This document shows positions 18,853 through 28,873 of a stretch of 62,017 nucleotides of DNA, piece after piece. Origin of the DNA: a virus (taxonomy: Duplodnaviria > Caudoviricetes); IMG/VR virus record IMGVR_UViG_3300037242_000178, positions 1-62,017 of that record. The stretch is one strand, 5' to 3'. The position numbers were made by a program, and so were the translations under genes. Under the pieces are notes generated by a model that saw nothing but the letters and a program-made list of their open reading frames with translations, was not told where the DNA came from and ran no database searches. How positions within the stretch are numbered: the first letter of the stretch is position 1; each line of letters opens with the position of its first letter.

Positions 18853-19620
18853 TTCATTAGGAGGCCCGGTTTCGACAGAATCGTCGCCGCCTTGAATGTT
18901 GTCTACAGGATGCGCATGCGTCGAACCGATATCCACTCCGTTATTCATCATCGAACCGGTTACGGAGGCATTCGCTTCCATTGAGACCATGCCGGTCACA
19001 GTTAGCGTGCCGTCCACAGTCGTCGTTCCAGTCAGTGTAATTGTCGGCGCAGTGACGGCTGCCGATTCGCTTGCGGTCACGTCCGCATTACCTCCCGCAA
19101 TCACAGTAACGTTTCCTGTTGTTTGCGCCGTGATGTTGTTCGGAGAAAAAATTGTGATGCCGGAATCATTGAATTGAATGTATTGCGTCGGCTGCGCGTT
19201 TAAGATGCCGCCAATATACATTCCGTCCGACAAATCGAACTGCCGAAAAGTCGCGGGGTTCGCTTGCGCTTGCGTATTGATTAGCGTCGAAATATCCCGG
19301 TCGGCAACGATCATGATTCCAATGTCGCCAGCCTGTGGGTCGATGATAATCGCGTTCGCGCCACCTTGCAATCGGCAGTACGGCACTTTATGAATGATGC
19401 CGTGCGACGTCATATTCATTTGCCCGTCAACCTGATTGATGAGCGGCAGAACGTTGACAAACCCGAACGGCGCTAATCCGCCGTCATTCGTGCAAGATTG
19501 GACTTGAACAGGAATTGCCGTTCTGACTTGCGACAAAAGCTGCTGTATCTGAAATTGAGTCGCGTTGAATTTCGACCCGAACGTTTCATTCGGTTGAAAG
19601 CCGTTGTAAAAATCGGTCAT
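18850..19620 (-). CDS. Baseplate central spike (Gp138-like)
   Basis: DPQAGDIG...DRDIS, RQFDLSDG and C-terminal THAH motifs. Confidence 0.88.
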   Translation of the reverse strand: MTDFYNGFQPNETFGSKFNATQFQIQQLLSQVRTAIPVQVQSCTNDGGLAPFGFVNVLPLINQVDGQMNMTSHGIIHKVPYCRLQGGANAIIIDPQAGDIGIMIVADRDISTLINTQAQANPATFRQFDLSDGMYIGGILNAQPTQYIQFNDSGITIFSPNNITAQTTGNVTVIAGGNADVTASESAAVTAPTITLTGTTTVDGTLTVTGMVSMEANASVTGSMMNNGVDIGSTHAHPVDNIQGGDDSVETGPPNE

Positions 19621-20519
19621 AGCGAGCTCGGTGGAGTGGGCGCGCCTAACAAGCTGTAATTTGCGCCTTGAATTTCAGTCATCCATTGACCGTCTGGCAT
19701 TTCGCTTTCCAGCGTATGCGCAAGCCCGTACACCGTCCAGTTTCCGTTCATGCCTGTCACCTTCAGACTGCTGACTAAAGTCACTTGACCGCCATATTGC
19801 ACGTTCGGATTGTACCTCGTTTTAATTCCGATCCCGATATTCGAGTAAGATGGATATCCGATCAAGTCGTCCTCATACGAAATTGTAGGAATTAAATCTA
19901 GCGACGTGCGGCTGCCGGTTGCAGGCCAAATCGCCAACACTCCGTCATCGCCGCCATTCCATTTAATCCCGGATGCCTTGATGACCGTTAATGCTTGCTG
20001 TCTTGGCGTTCCCGGCAAATATTGTTTCGGCAAAATGCCTGTCACGCCATTATTTTCAAATCTTAATCCCATGACTCCCGCAATCGTATTCATCGTGGAC
20101 GCGATGGAAATTCCTTCGGGATAGCTTAACGGCACTGTCGGTTGCAACGCCTGCAATAAGCAAGATTGCGCAACGACGGTTAATATGCTATTCGGTTGAG
20201 AATTCAAGTCGATTTGCGCTATTTGAATCTGTCCGATAAATACTTGGGACATAGCTGTGGAAGAATCCCCGGCGCTGACTGCGATTGTGTTTCTTTGCGC
20301 ATATTGCGGCGTCGAATAAATCGAGACCAAAGAGTTGTACACGGTCGGTGGCAGCCCGAAAACGCGCAGTTCGCACATGGACATTCCTGCGTAACCTGTT
20401 TTAACGATTTTCGCCGAAATCCGCAGCCCTGTCACCGTCACCTGATTATCGCCGGCTTCACCGAAACTGCCGGTGCCTAGCGTGAACGTCAGGCTGATTT
20501 GCTTGTTTGTGAACGCCAT
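19617..20519 (-). CDS. Baseplate hub protein
   Basis: LIGYPS and HTLESEMPDGQW motifs; synteny. Confidence 0.8.
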   Translation of the reverse strand: MAFTNKQISLTFTLGTGSFGEAGDNQVTVTGLRISAKIVKTGYAGMSMCELRVFGLPPTVYNSLVSIYSTPQYAQRNTIAVSAGDSSTAMSQVFIGQIQIAQIDLNSQPNSILTVVAQSCLLQALQPTVPLSYPEGISIASTMNTIAGVMGLRFENNGVTGILPKQYLPGTPRQQALTVIKASGIKWNGGDDGVLAIWPATGSRTSLDLIPTISYEDDLIGYPSYSNIGIGIKTRYNPNVQYGGQVTLVSSLKVTGMNGNWTVYGLAHTLESEMPDGQWMTEIQGANYSLLGAPTPPSSL

Positions 20520-20522
20520 TTT

Positions 20523-20837
20523 TCAACCTTCTCCTGGCGCAAGGTCGAATGGATCGATATAGCATAACAAGTATCGCGTTCCAAGCCCTGGGCTGCTCGG
20601 GTCGTTTGACCCTTGCGTATCGATAAAGGTAAAATCGCCAACAAAACCGAGATACAAATCTCGAACGATTCTGTTTCGATCTTCGCAAATCACGCCGCCG
20701 ATAATCAAAACCGCATTAACGTATAAGTCCATAAACAGACCGAATGCGTTTTGATAGATGTTTATCTTACAATTCTGCTGAGTCAAACTGCACGTCAGGG
20801 TTTGTGAAAAAACATCTTGTATCGGAACGATTTGCAT
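20523..20837 (-). CDS. Baseplate protein
   Basis: YLGFVGDFTFIDTQG...GLGTRY motif; synteny. Confidence 0.75.
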   Translation of the reverse strand: MQIVPIQDVFSQTLTCSLTQQNCKINIYQNAFGLFMDLYVNAVLIIGGVICEDRNRIVRDLYLGFVGDFTFIDTQGSNDPSSPGLGTRYLLCYIDPFDLAPGEG

Positions 20838-20873
20838 TTGTCGTCTTCCACGAATCTGTAAATGAATCGCAAG

Positions 20874-22004
20874 CTATTGAATTGCGTCATCGGCAGGCGA
20901 CGCAATTTTAACGACACTCCCGTCCTTGTCGTATTGCATTAAATGCCCTGTGTTTGGGTTGACCTGAAAGTATCCGTTCGCGGTCTGAGTGCGTCCCGTA
21001 AGTGGATTCACTGCGGTTGGAGTGACAATGTTTCCGTTTGCATCCCTAAGTTTATCGTCAAATGCTGGCGGCGTTGCTGATACAGCAGGAGTTTGACTGC
21101 TCGTTACTGCTGCTGCTGCTGCGGGAGGCACTGCCTCTGGAGGAGCAACAGATGTTGGAGGAGCAACTTCCCCGCTGGCTGATTGCGCTGCGCTAGTTGG
21201 ATTTCCGTCTGGAGCTAAATTCGGGCCTGTAGTTACAGGAATCGGCTGAACAATGCCGCCGTTCACCGTGCCTGAGCCGCTAGGCGTCGCTGTGTTCGTA
21301 AAGTTTGCTGCTGCGGCCAGCCTTATTTGCAGCAGTGAAATATCTACCGTCAGCAATTTTGCGCCGTTTATTGCCGTGCGAACGTAGTCATAACTTTCAA
21401 TCGATACATTTGAATAAGTAATTTCTGGCGTTACCACATCGTATAGATCAAACGAATTCGCCAAAGTCGCTAGAGTGGATAAGAAATTTGTTCGCTCGCT
21501 GTCGCCGCCGCCTTTTGTGAAAGCAACTTTAACCTCGAAAGGGGTTTGGACTTTATTGTAGGATTGAAACGCCCCCTGCTCCATTGGGTAGTTAGCGATT
21601 CTCCACCCTTGCTTGTAGTTCAACGACTTAAACGAATCCGGCGTCAAAACGATGTTCGTCGTGCCTGCGGCGAATATTCCCCATTGTCCAGCGCTGGAGT
21701 TGGCGGCAGCAACAACTCCAGGCGCGTCCGCAAACATCTGCGACGGCAATGTGCCGTATGCGCCAGCTATCAAGCTCTGCGCGCCATTTACCGTTGCTAG
21801 CTGTGCGTTCGTCACAATGCCACTCGGCAATTGCGCCGCGCCTATCCCGATGTTCGCCAGGCTATTTGCAACGCTTCCGGCAGGCGCTAAAAGCGTCCGC
21901 AAAACGTTCGGAACGCCTGCCGCGATGGGCACGTCTGGGTAGGACGGATTGTAAGCCGCTACGCTAGGATCGTCTGGGGGAGGGGGAGGCGGAGCTAAAG
22001 CCAT
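20874..22004 (-). CDS. Tail tube initiator/Dit-like protein with Pro/Ala-rich extensions
   Basis: YPMEQGAFQSYNKVQTP motif; follows the tape measure gene. Confidence 0.75.
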   Translation of the reverse strand: MALAPPPPPPDDPSVAAYNPSYPDVPIAAGVPNVLRTLLAPAGSVANSLANIGIGAAQLPSGIVTNAQLATVNGAQSLIAGAYGTLPSQMFADAPGVVAAANSSAGQWGIFAAGTTNIVLTPDSFKSLNYKQGWRIANYPMEQGAFQSYNKVQTPFEVKVAFTKGGGDSERTNFLSTLATLANSFDLYDVVTPEITYSNVSIESYDYVRTAINGAKLLTVDISLLQIRLAAAANFTNTATPSGSGTVNGGIVQPIPVTTGPNLAPDGNPTSAAQSASGEVAPPTSVAPPEAVPPAAAAAVTSSQTPAVSATPPAFDDKLRDANGNIVTPTAVNPLTGRTQTANGYFQVNPNTGHLMQYDKDGSVVKIASPADDAIQ

Positions 22005-24265
22005 TACGCAAGTCCTGAATTTGCCATCGACGCGATAGAAAAGTCTTGCATGCGTTCTCCGATCAATGACGCTACGTCCGCGTTCGTTTTTGCGTTTGGC
22101 GCATTAATGTTCACGGAGCCAACGTTTGTTTGTATCTGCGCGTTGTTATTCGCTACGCGATTATTGAGCGCCTGATTGTTCACCACGCTTGATTGCGCGC
22201 CGGAAATCACACCCTTGTCGATAGGAGGCATCGCCGACCTTGCATCCGACGACATAATGCTTTTCAACTTTGCGCCATATTCGGGGTCGGTTGCGTACTT
22301 TCCCGTCAACGCATCCGCATAGGCTTTAGGATCGTCGGTATGCTTTCGCGCTTCCGAATATGCCGCATCCGTTGCGAGCAATTCCGCGTGCGCATCGAAT
22401 GCATCTTCCAACGAATCGAATTTCGCAAATTTCTGCTTCACATGCTGCATTTGCCCGTTTATATATTCAGTCGTTTCCGCTTCCACATACGGCTGCCCGC
22501 CTTTCGCTTTTATGCCGAAAGGATTGTTGCTGCCTGCAGGCATATTCTTTCCGCTGTTGCTTTCCAATTGATACTGGGCGAGCGTCACGGCAGCAGGGAC
22601 GCCGTATTTCTTTTCCGCAGCATCTGCCGCAGCTTGCGCATCGGCACGTGTCGGCTTCGACGCGCCGAATGAAGGGCGAATGTTGACAGCCGAAGCGCCC
22701 GTTCCTTTTCCGCCAGCCAAAATTGCTGCGTTTTGATCCTGGTATGATTTTAGTTCGGCTTGCGCCTGTTCCGGCGTCCGGTTCGCTTCTTTGTATTTTG
22801 CGTAAGCAGTTTCGCGTTTTTTGCGATTCGCTTCTTGCGTATGTTGCCCGGTAGCCGCGTCCCAAATCGCTGAAGCGCGATCTTCAATCCAACCGAGCGC
22901 CCCGGCTAAAGCTTCTTTAATCACGTCGGCAATCTTTGGTGCAGCATCTTTTGCAAGAATAATAAAATTGTCCCACATCGCGTTCCACGCTTTGCGAATG
23001 TCTTCGCCGTTGCCTGTGAACAATGCAGAAATGAAACCTTTATTGCTAGCAATAAAGGTTTTTATTTCTGCAAAGACGGACGACACATCGCCAAGCTTTT
23101 CTTTTACGCCGCCAAGCTTTTCTTTTACGCCGCCAAGCTTTTCTTTCATGTCGCCGGTCATTGCGCCCCATCCATCCGTGGCGAACTTTATCAAGCCGTC
23201 TATCGCGTCCAACACGGAATTTATCGCAGGAAGGACAGCGACAAGAATCGTTTCCCCTAACGCTTTGACATGGATCAACGTTTGGTTCCAGCGTTTTTGC
23301 ATTGCTAACGAAGCTGCGCTCGCTTTGTCATTGTCTTTTGCAAGCTCCTTTGCCGACTGAAGCTGTTTGGCAAGCTCAACATTTCCCGAGTGCAAAGCAC
23401 GCGCAACGTTCTCGTCGATACCAAGCTTTGCCACGCTCTGAGCAAACACTTTTTCACTGACTTGTTGCGATTCTTTCGCAAGTTGCAAAAGGAACTCTTG
23501 TTGCGTCAAATTCGGCGCGGCAAGAACGTTCGTCTCAACGTGTGCGCCGCCTAATGCGGACATCGTTTTTGCATACTCGGTCAGCGCTTCAACCGATCCA
23601 ACGTCGCCTTTTGCCAGCCCTTCCTGAATTTTATTTACAGCCCGGAAAGCACCTTCAACCTGCGCCCCAGTCGCCCCAAAATCCGATGCGGCAATAGCCC
23701 ACGCATTTAAATCGGTCGTCGAAACGCCTATCGTTCCAGACAGGCGCTGTACGTCTCCATCGACGCCAATGATATGTTCGCCGAAACTTTTAATCGCGGC
23801 CAGCCCTAAAAAACCGGCAATCAGCCCGATAACTTCCGTGCGGATGTGAGATATCCCTTCGACCATCGACTTCGCTTGCGCGTCTTGCGCTTTTGCCGCC
23901 TTGGTTTTTGCGTCCGACTCTTGCTTAACCATCGACTTCGTTTGCGCGAGATTACGCTGCGCTTCGGCAATTTTATCTTTTTGCGTGCGCGAAAACTGAA
24001 ACGCTTGTTGCCGTTGATTTTCTTTGAAATCGTTTAGCTGTTGTTTTCCTTGACCTGCCGTTATTTTCCCCTGTTTCACGGCAGCGGCAGTCTGCGCCTC
24101 AAAAGAGCCTTTCATTGCCGCTTGTTCTTGCTTAAATGCCTGCGCAGCTTCTTCCGCTTCGCGCTTAACCGCATCGAAAGCGCGTTTGGCTTCCGAAACG
24201 CCTTTTGACATTCCAGAAGAGTCGAGGCCTAATTCCACTAGAAGACTATCGATGATGGTCGCCAT
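22004..24265 (-). CDS. Tape measure protein with a GH73 (FlgJ-like) peptidoglycan hydrolase domain
   Basis: MATIIDSLLVELGLD start; helical body; AQYQLES, NNPFGIKA and YATDPEY motifs. Confidence 0.88.
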   Translation of the reverse strand: MATIIDSLLVELGLDSSGMSKGVSEAKRAFDAVKREAEEAAQAFKQEQAAMKGSFEAQTAAAVKQGKITAGQGKQQLNDFKENQRQQAFQFSRTQKDKIAEAQRNLAQTKSMVKQESDAKTKAAKAQDAQAKSMVEGISHIRTEVIGLIAGFLGLAAIKSFGEHIIGVDGDVQRLSGTIGVSTTDLNAWAIAASDFGATGAQVEGAFRAVNKIQEGLAKGDVGSVEALTEYAKTMSALGGAHVETNVLAAPNLTQQEFLLQLAKESQQVSEKVFAQSVAKLGIDENVARALHSGNVELAKQLQSAKELAKDNDKASAASLAMQKRWNQTLIHVKALGETILVAVLPAINSVLDAIDGLIKFATDGWGAMTGDMKEKLGGVKEKLGGVKEKLGDVSSVFAEIKTFIASNKGFISALFTGNGEDIRKAWNAMWDNFIILAKDAAPKIADVIKEALAGALGWIEDRASAIWDAATGQHTQEANRKKRETAYAKYKEANRTPEQAQAELKSYQDQNAAILAGGKGTGASAVNIRPSFGASKPTRADAQAAADAAEKKYGVPAAVTLAQYQLESNSGKNMPAGSNNPFGIKAKGGQPYVEAETTEYINGQMQHVKQKFAKFDSLEDAFDAHAELLATDAAYSEARKHTDDPKAYADALTGKYATDPEYGAKLKSIMSSDARSAMPPIDKGVISGAQSSVVNNQALNNRVANNNAQIQTNVGSVNINAPNAKTNADVASLIGERMQDFSIASMANSGLA
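23089..23146. repeat. 21-bp tandem repeat (~2.8 copies, KEKLGGV) in the tape measure gene
   Basis: CGCCAAGCTTTTCTTTTACGC units. Confidence 0.85.
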
Positions 24266-24269
24266 TTTA

Positions 24270-24506
24270 TTAACGCTTTCTTCTCGCTTCTGCTTCTGCA
24301 ATTGTCTTGCGGTTATATGCGTCGATACTCAACACTTCCAACGTCAAATATACGTCTTCCAACGAGTAAATAGTTTGCATCTCATGCAACGTCATTTTTC
24401 CGCTGGAAATCATCGCTCCGATGGTCGGAGGAAGATTTACATATTCCTTGACCGTTTCCCCGCCGTCATGGTCGATGTTAAGGTGACGGCGGGTTTTGAA
24501 AAATTT
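24270..24506 (-). CDS. Tail assembly chaperone -1 frameshift extension (G-T-like)
   Basis: Open -1 frame from the slippery heptamer; encodes TLHEMQTIYSLEDVY. Confidence 0.65.
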   Translation of the reverse strand, partial: KFFKTRRHLNIDHDGGETVKEYVNLPPTIGAMISSGKMTLHEMQTIYSLEDVYLTLEVLSIDAYNRKTIAEAEARRKR

Positions 24507-24880
24507 GCGTGAAGGTTGAAAACTTCTTTTCGCAATTTCAAAATCGTAGAAACCTCTTCGATGTCGCAATGAATGTCCGAGCGCTTCACTTCCGGGTTCT
24601 GCGGGTTGGGAATAATCTGAACGCACTGTAACATCTCTTCTAGCAAAGGTTCTAAGTCAAAATAATTGATCCCAGCCAATGCCTCAACACCTAACGTAAC
24701 CAACCCGGCAAAGCCGCTGCTAACTATATCGTCGGGAATCGACACCCCGGATTTTGCGAGCGCTAAAAAAGCCCTTGTCGCCCACCGTTCGGTTTGAAAC
24801 GGAGGCATTTCTGTCAGATAAAAAACCTTGCCTTTGTCGCGGCCTTCCGTTGCGATTGTTACTGTCGCGGTCTTGCGCAT
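24437..24880 (-). CDS. Tail assembly chaperone
   Basis: EGRDKGKVFYLTEMP and DIEEVSTILKLRKEV motifs; lies between tube and tape measure genes. Confidence 0.8.
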   Translation of the reverse strand: MRKTATVTIATEGRDKGKVFYLTEMPPFQTERWATRAFLALAKSGVSIPDDIVSSGFAGLVTLGVEALAGINYFDLEPLLEEMLQCVQIIPNPQNPEVKRSDIHCDIEEVSTILKLRKEVFNLHANFSKPAVTLTSTMTAGKRSRNM

Positions 24881-24971
24881 GTCGAATCCCCTTGATTCGC
24901 CCCTTTCACGAATTCGCACGGCCACCGACCCAAGGGGTGTAAGTCGGCCCGGTTTCCCGGTGCCGTGCGAA
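24881..24971 (-). ncRNA. Candidate cis-regulatory structured leader
   Basis: 10-bp closing stem, GAAA-tetraloop hairpin, and a loop CCCCUUG complementary to the downstream CAAGGGG RBS. Confidence 0.45.
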
Positions 24972-24976
24972 ACTTG

Positions 24977-25417
24977 TTAAGATGTCGCTGGCGACGAGCC
25001 GTTAAAGACGAAGTAAAATTTGCGCGGCTGAAGAATCTTTTTTGCGCTTGGCAACGGAGGCGCTTTCTTCAAATATCCGTTTGTCAATTGGTATTTAATC
25101 CCAAGCCCTGTCAATGTCACTGAGACGGAAATTCCTGGAAATAGATCGTTTTGCGCAAACTGCGCCTGAATCAAATTGTCCAGAATTTGAATCGAAGGCG
25201 AGTTCGATTGCAACGCAAGCGTCCATGGCAATTCGGCATAGATCAAACCTGCCGACAAGATTCCATCGACGCCCATGGACGTTTCAGCGATTTCGACCTC
25301 TTCCGAGTCATACACGTCGTCAGCAGCGAATCCCTGCAACTGTTGAGGGTTCGGGTAATAGTTTGGAACCGTCAACATGATAATTGCGTTTGCTGCGGTC
25401 AGAGTTCCGAGTGCCAT
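24977..25417 (-). CDS. Tail tube protein
   Basis: LQGFAADD and MGVDGILSAG motifs; follows the sheath gene. Confidence 0.85.
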   Translation of the reverse strand: MALGTLTAANAIIMLTVPNYYPNPQQLQGFAADDVYDSEEVEIAETSMGVDGILSAGLIYAELPWTLALQSNSPSIQILDNLIQAQFAQNDLFPGISVSVTLTGLGIKYQLTNGYLKKAPPLPSAKKILQPRKFYFVFNGSSPATS

Positions 25418-25444
25418 GGCTAGTATCCTTAAAATAAATTCGAT

Positions 25445-27205
25445 TTATTCCACGTCGAAGGCGGACATGTTTAGATTCAAGACGCTCCCGCCGTCCGTCC
25501 ACCAAAAAGTAATGGATGGACTTCCGCCATTGCCGCGCACGACAGAGCCTGGATCAAGCACTTGCAAATACCAACCGCGAGTTGCCAATGTCGTTCCAAT
25601 GTTCTTTCCGGCCTGACTATTTACCGTTGCGATTTGCGCAGCAGACAAGTTCACGCCGGGCTGAATCGCGCCAAACGTCAAGGCCGCGTCAATCGTGGGC
25701 TGCAAGTAAGCTTCTATTAGCGCATATCCGGCGGGCACATAAGGGATAGCGGTTTCTGTAGTCAGCAGCGTCATCATTCCGGTTTGGAATCCAGCTTGCA
25801 TGATGATTTGATTGATGTAACGTTCAATCGTGCCGAACGTTCCCGTGATCGTTTGCGGATAGAAGAACTGCCATTGGTTCGTGCGATTTGCGGCAGCAAC
25901 ATAAGTGTTGTAACCGTTTGCAATCAAATTCGCTAACACAGTTTCGCTGCTGACCGCCGGTGAAATCCCTGCCTGAGATTTATACGCTGCGGAAGAATTT
26001 CCGTTCGTTTGCGTCTGATCTATCGACGCGATAAATCCCATTTCAAACGCGGCCAAGCTTAAATCTGACGGCTCATAAATAAGGATCGTCCCCGAATTGC
26101 CATTCGCTTTTAGGATTTGTCCGAGCGACGATGCTGCGTCGGTCGATTCGGTAGGGGTGATGTCGGTGTCCCACGCAACATAAGCGAATTGATTGTCTTG
26201 AAGCGTTACCCATGCAGCGAATTCTTGCTTTATCGTGTTGCCGGAACCGCCATCTGGATCGAACAACGTGGTGAAAGAAACCCAATTCGACGTTTGCTGT
26301 GCCAACGCCGTCATAAACGCATTTGGCGTCGAAGACGTCGGAGCGGCAGCGCCAGCCGACACAATCGCGCCTGTCGCGGTTGTCAATCCAAGACCGACCG
26401 TGAACGCGCCCAAAGGCCCGAACGCATCGACAGCGCTAGACGCCAAATTACTCGGAGTAGCTGCTGCGCTGATCGTGTAAGTGCCAGCGCCGCCTGTGCC
26501 AGTTCCTAGCGCGGTAATTGTCGTTCCGACAGGCAACGAATTCGTGCCGTCCGTTCCCGTCACGACATCGCCAACGTGATACGTGCCGACAACCGTGCCG
26601 GAAATTGTTAATACCGTTCCGGTCGTCGTGCTGGTCGTCGAGGTCGCCGTGCCGCTTATCGCAGTCGTAATCGTTTCGCTTGCGCCGGTAGCAGTCGTCG
26701 TAAAAAGAAAACCGCCGGAAACGCTGTCGTAAGTTACAGTGCCAACGAACGCGGCAAATTCCGATTGGATATACGCAGCAGCAGCGGAAAAAGTTCCGTA
26801 AGAACTCAAATTGATCGCGCTGGATGTTTTCCAAACGCCATTCACTTCCAGCATCAACGTGCCGGACAGCGCTTCCAACTGCGCGGAAGTCAACGACGAC
26901 ACATTGCCGCCACGTAGCCATGCAGGAGTGGCGACTGTGTTGTATTGCGCGAAAAGAAGCGCAGCAGGTTTCTGAAACGATCCTGTGTTTCCGGCGAAAT
27001 ACACCTCGGATTGATTGAATTCGTTCGACGACAATCCAAAATACGCCCCGACATTCGCGGCAGAAGAAAAAGTTAACACTTGACCGATAGGAATGCGGCT
27101 GCTATTCGTCAGAAACAATCCGCTAAGATTGATTCCCGCGCCGCCTGCGCTTATTACAGCAGTGTTGACATTCGCAAAAAACGAAGCTGGAATCGATGCT
27201 GCCAT
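25445..27205 (-). CDS. Tail sheath protein (DUF3383-like)
   Basis: IPYxxxG, GAIQPGVNLS, RGWYLQ and WWTDGGSV motifs. Confidence 0.9.
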   Translation of the reverse strand: MAASIPASFFANVNTAVISAGGAGINLSGLFLTNSSRIPIGQVLTFSSAANVGAYFGLSSNEFNQSEVYFAGNTGSFQKPAALLFAQYNTVATPAWLRGGNVSSLTSAQLEALSGTLMLEVNGVWKTSSAINLSSYGTFSAAAAYIQSEFAAFVGTVTYDSVSGGFLFTTTATGASETITTAISGTATSTTSTTTGTVLTISGTVVGTYHVGDVVTGTDGTNSLPVGTTITALGTGTGGAGTYTISAAATPSNLASSAVDAFGPLGAFTVGLGLTTATGAIVSAGAAAPTSSTPNAFMTALAQQTSNWVSFTTLFDPDGGSGNTIKQEFAAWVTLQDNQFAYVAWDTDITPTESTDAASSLGQILKANGNSGTILIYEPSDLSLAAFEMGFIASIDQTQTNGNSSAAYKSQAGISPAVSSETVLANLIANGYNTYVAAANRTNQWQFFYPQTITGTFGTIERYINQIIMQAGFQTGMMTLLTTETAIPYVPAGYALIEAYLQPTIDAALTFGAIQPGVNLSAAQIATVNSQAGKNIGTTLATRGWYLQVLDPGSVVRGNGGSPSITFWWTDGGSVLNLNMSAFDVE

Positions 27206-27216
27206 GTTGTTTCTCC

Positions 27217-27243
27217 AAAAATAAAACCCGCACGCGGCGGGTT
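27217..27243 (-). terminator. Intrinsic terminator upstream of the sheath gene
   Basis: AACCCGC/GCGGGTT stem with a U-rich tail on the minus strand. Confidence 0.65.
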
Positions 27244-27253
27244 GCTTAACCTA

Positions 27254-27266
27254 TAAAGTAACTTTA
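27254..27266. promoter_or_regulatory. Palindrome TAAAGTNACTTTA
   Basis: TAAAGTAACTTTA, intergenic. Confidence 0.6.
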
Positions 27267-27267
27267 A

Positions 27268-27981
27268 TCACTCGACATCGTGCAATACGACAGGCCCCAA
27301 CGCAATCGCAAATTGCTGAGGAATGGTTACGATAGCGTTCGCCTCTAGCATGACATCTATCGTCCACCGTTCCTCAAATTGCTGTTCGCCGTTGATAAAC
27401 GGCATTTGTTTCGGATCGCTTGTGTAAAGCGCGTCAAGATTAAATCCGCTCATCTCGAAAAAATTCGTTCCGTATTGATCTCGAAATAGGGTCGAGATGA
27501 TTTGCGCGTTATCTGCGCTTGCAGGACCATGAACATCAAGCTGAATTGTCACTTGCGTTGTTTGCTCAACTTGCGATGTTCCTGCTTGCATCGTGCTGCC
27601 AGCGACGCTCTGCGAATTATTTACCGTGTACGTGCCAGTGCCGCCTGTTCCGGTTCCTAGCGCTGTAATAATCGTGCCTGCCGCGACGTTAGGGCCGTAA
27701 ATCTGCGATCCAATTGCGACAGTGCCTGTCGTTATGCTTGATATCGTCAGCGTTGTTCCGCTGATCGAACCGGCAAACAATGTTTCTACTAACCCCTCGA
27801 TGTTCGTTGCCATCCGCTCTTGGAACAGCGGCGTCATCGTAACGAAATTTGTGTTTGCCGGTTCGGGAACGCGGTTCGTTTGAGCGCGAATAACAGGCGT
27901 TCCTGTCGGTAAGATTGAAATCAGAAAATTTCTTAGGGTCGTGAAAATTTGCGTTTCCGTAATGCTTAGGGAGATCGACAT
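27268..27981 (-). CDS. Tail completion/terminator protein with inserted beta domain
   Basis: QTNRVPEP and [13 protein letters not shown] motifs. Confidence 0.75.
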   Translation of the reverse strand: MSISLSITETQIFTTLRNFLISILPTGTPVIRAQTNRVPEPANTNFVTMTPLFQERMATNIEGLVETLFAGSISGTTLTISSITTGTVAIGSQIYGPNVAAGTIITALGTGTGGTGTYTVNNSQSVAGSTMQAGTSQVEQTTQVTIQLDVHGPASADNAQIISTLFRDQYGTNFFEMSGFNLDALYTSDPKQMPFINGEQQFEERWTIDVMLEANAIVTIPQQFAIALGPVVLHDVE

Positions 27982-27982
27982 G

Positions 27983-28366
27983 TCAACTCCCGTTTTGAAG
28001 CGTTAAACAAATTTTAGTCCATCCAGCAGAAAGCGCCCAAGGCTCTAACACCATCGCGCAAAGCCATACCGATCCGTCTGGGAGCGTTACAAGATCGCCG
28101 CCTTTATTCTCGCTACGAACGACGCCTTCCCAGTCTCCAAAAATATAGGCGGCAAGCCTGCGCCCCTGGATATTCAATCCATTCGTTTGCATCAAATCGT
28201 TGTATTGCAGCGCCTGCACCTGGCAAAAAATATCGACACAGTTTCCATAGCTCGGCACTTGCGTGCCGTCTTCCGCAACCGTGTAGCCGTTCGACGGTTG
28301 CAGCTGGCATAGCAATGGCGGATTTACCGCAGAGATATATCCGGCAGCAATACTATGCAGATTCAT
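27983..28366 (-). CDS. Head closure/neck protein
   Basis: MNLHSIA...VNP and GGDLVT motifs; synteny. Confidence 0.72.
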   Translation of the reverse strand: MNLHSIAAGYISAVNPPLLCQLQPSNGYTVAEDGTQVPSYGNCVDIFCQVQALQYNDLMQTNGLNIQGRRLAAYIFGDWEGVVRSENKGGDLVTLPDGSVWLCAMVLEPWALSAGWTKICLTLQNGS

Positions 28367-28872
28367 TACTGGTCTTTCACAGGAACAATTTCGCCGTCGT
28401 TCACCTGAAACGACACTGCGTTTGACATGTCGCCAGTGTCGATAAGCGTTTGGTCGTTCTTTTTTCTAGCTATCGTTTTCGGAGAAAGAGGCGCGTAGCG
28501 TCTTTTTTGAATTGAATTTTGCAATTCTTCGCCAAGTTGTTGCCCCATGAATTCCATAGCTAAGTCCACATCCCCCGAATATCTCTCAAGCGCCTTCGCC
28601 ATGTCTTCGCCCCAATGATTTTGTCCGTCTTTAATCATTCCCCTAAAAAACGGCCGGGGAGGAGGGTTCGGTTCGGAATCTTTATCCTCTGGATTGGATT
28701 GCCCTCCAAATTCGTTGCATGCCGCGACATATGCCGTCGAAACGCCGGATTTAGTTTCCGTCGCACCCTCGAAAAATCCGACTTTCACTAAAGCGTCCTT
28801 ATTTGCGAGAGCGGCCAGTTCTTTGAGTTTTTCCGCGAGCTTTGCGCCGCCCGAAAACTTAAAGGCAGACAT
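28366..28872 (-). CDS. Neck protein (HK97 gp10-like)
   Basis: NEFG, PPRPFFR and LIDTGDM motifs. Confidence 0.78.
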   Translation of the reverse strand: MSAFKFSGGAKLAEKLKELAALANKDALVKVGFFEGATETKSGVSTAYVAACNEFGGQSNPEDKDSEPNPPPRPFFRGMIKDGQNHWGEDMAKALERYSGDVDLAMEFMGQQLGEELQNSIQKRRYAPLSPKTIARKKNDQTLIDTGDMSNAVSFQVNDGEIVPVKDQ

Positions 28873-28873
28873 G

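Noticed and set aside
24881-24971. tRNA gene
   Set aside because: Multi-stem structure but no T-loop GTTCRA, D-loop or anticodon arm geometry
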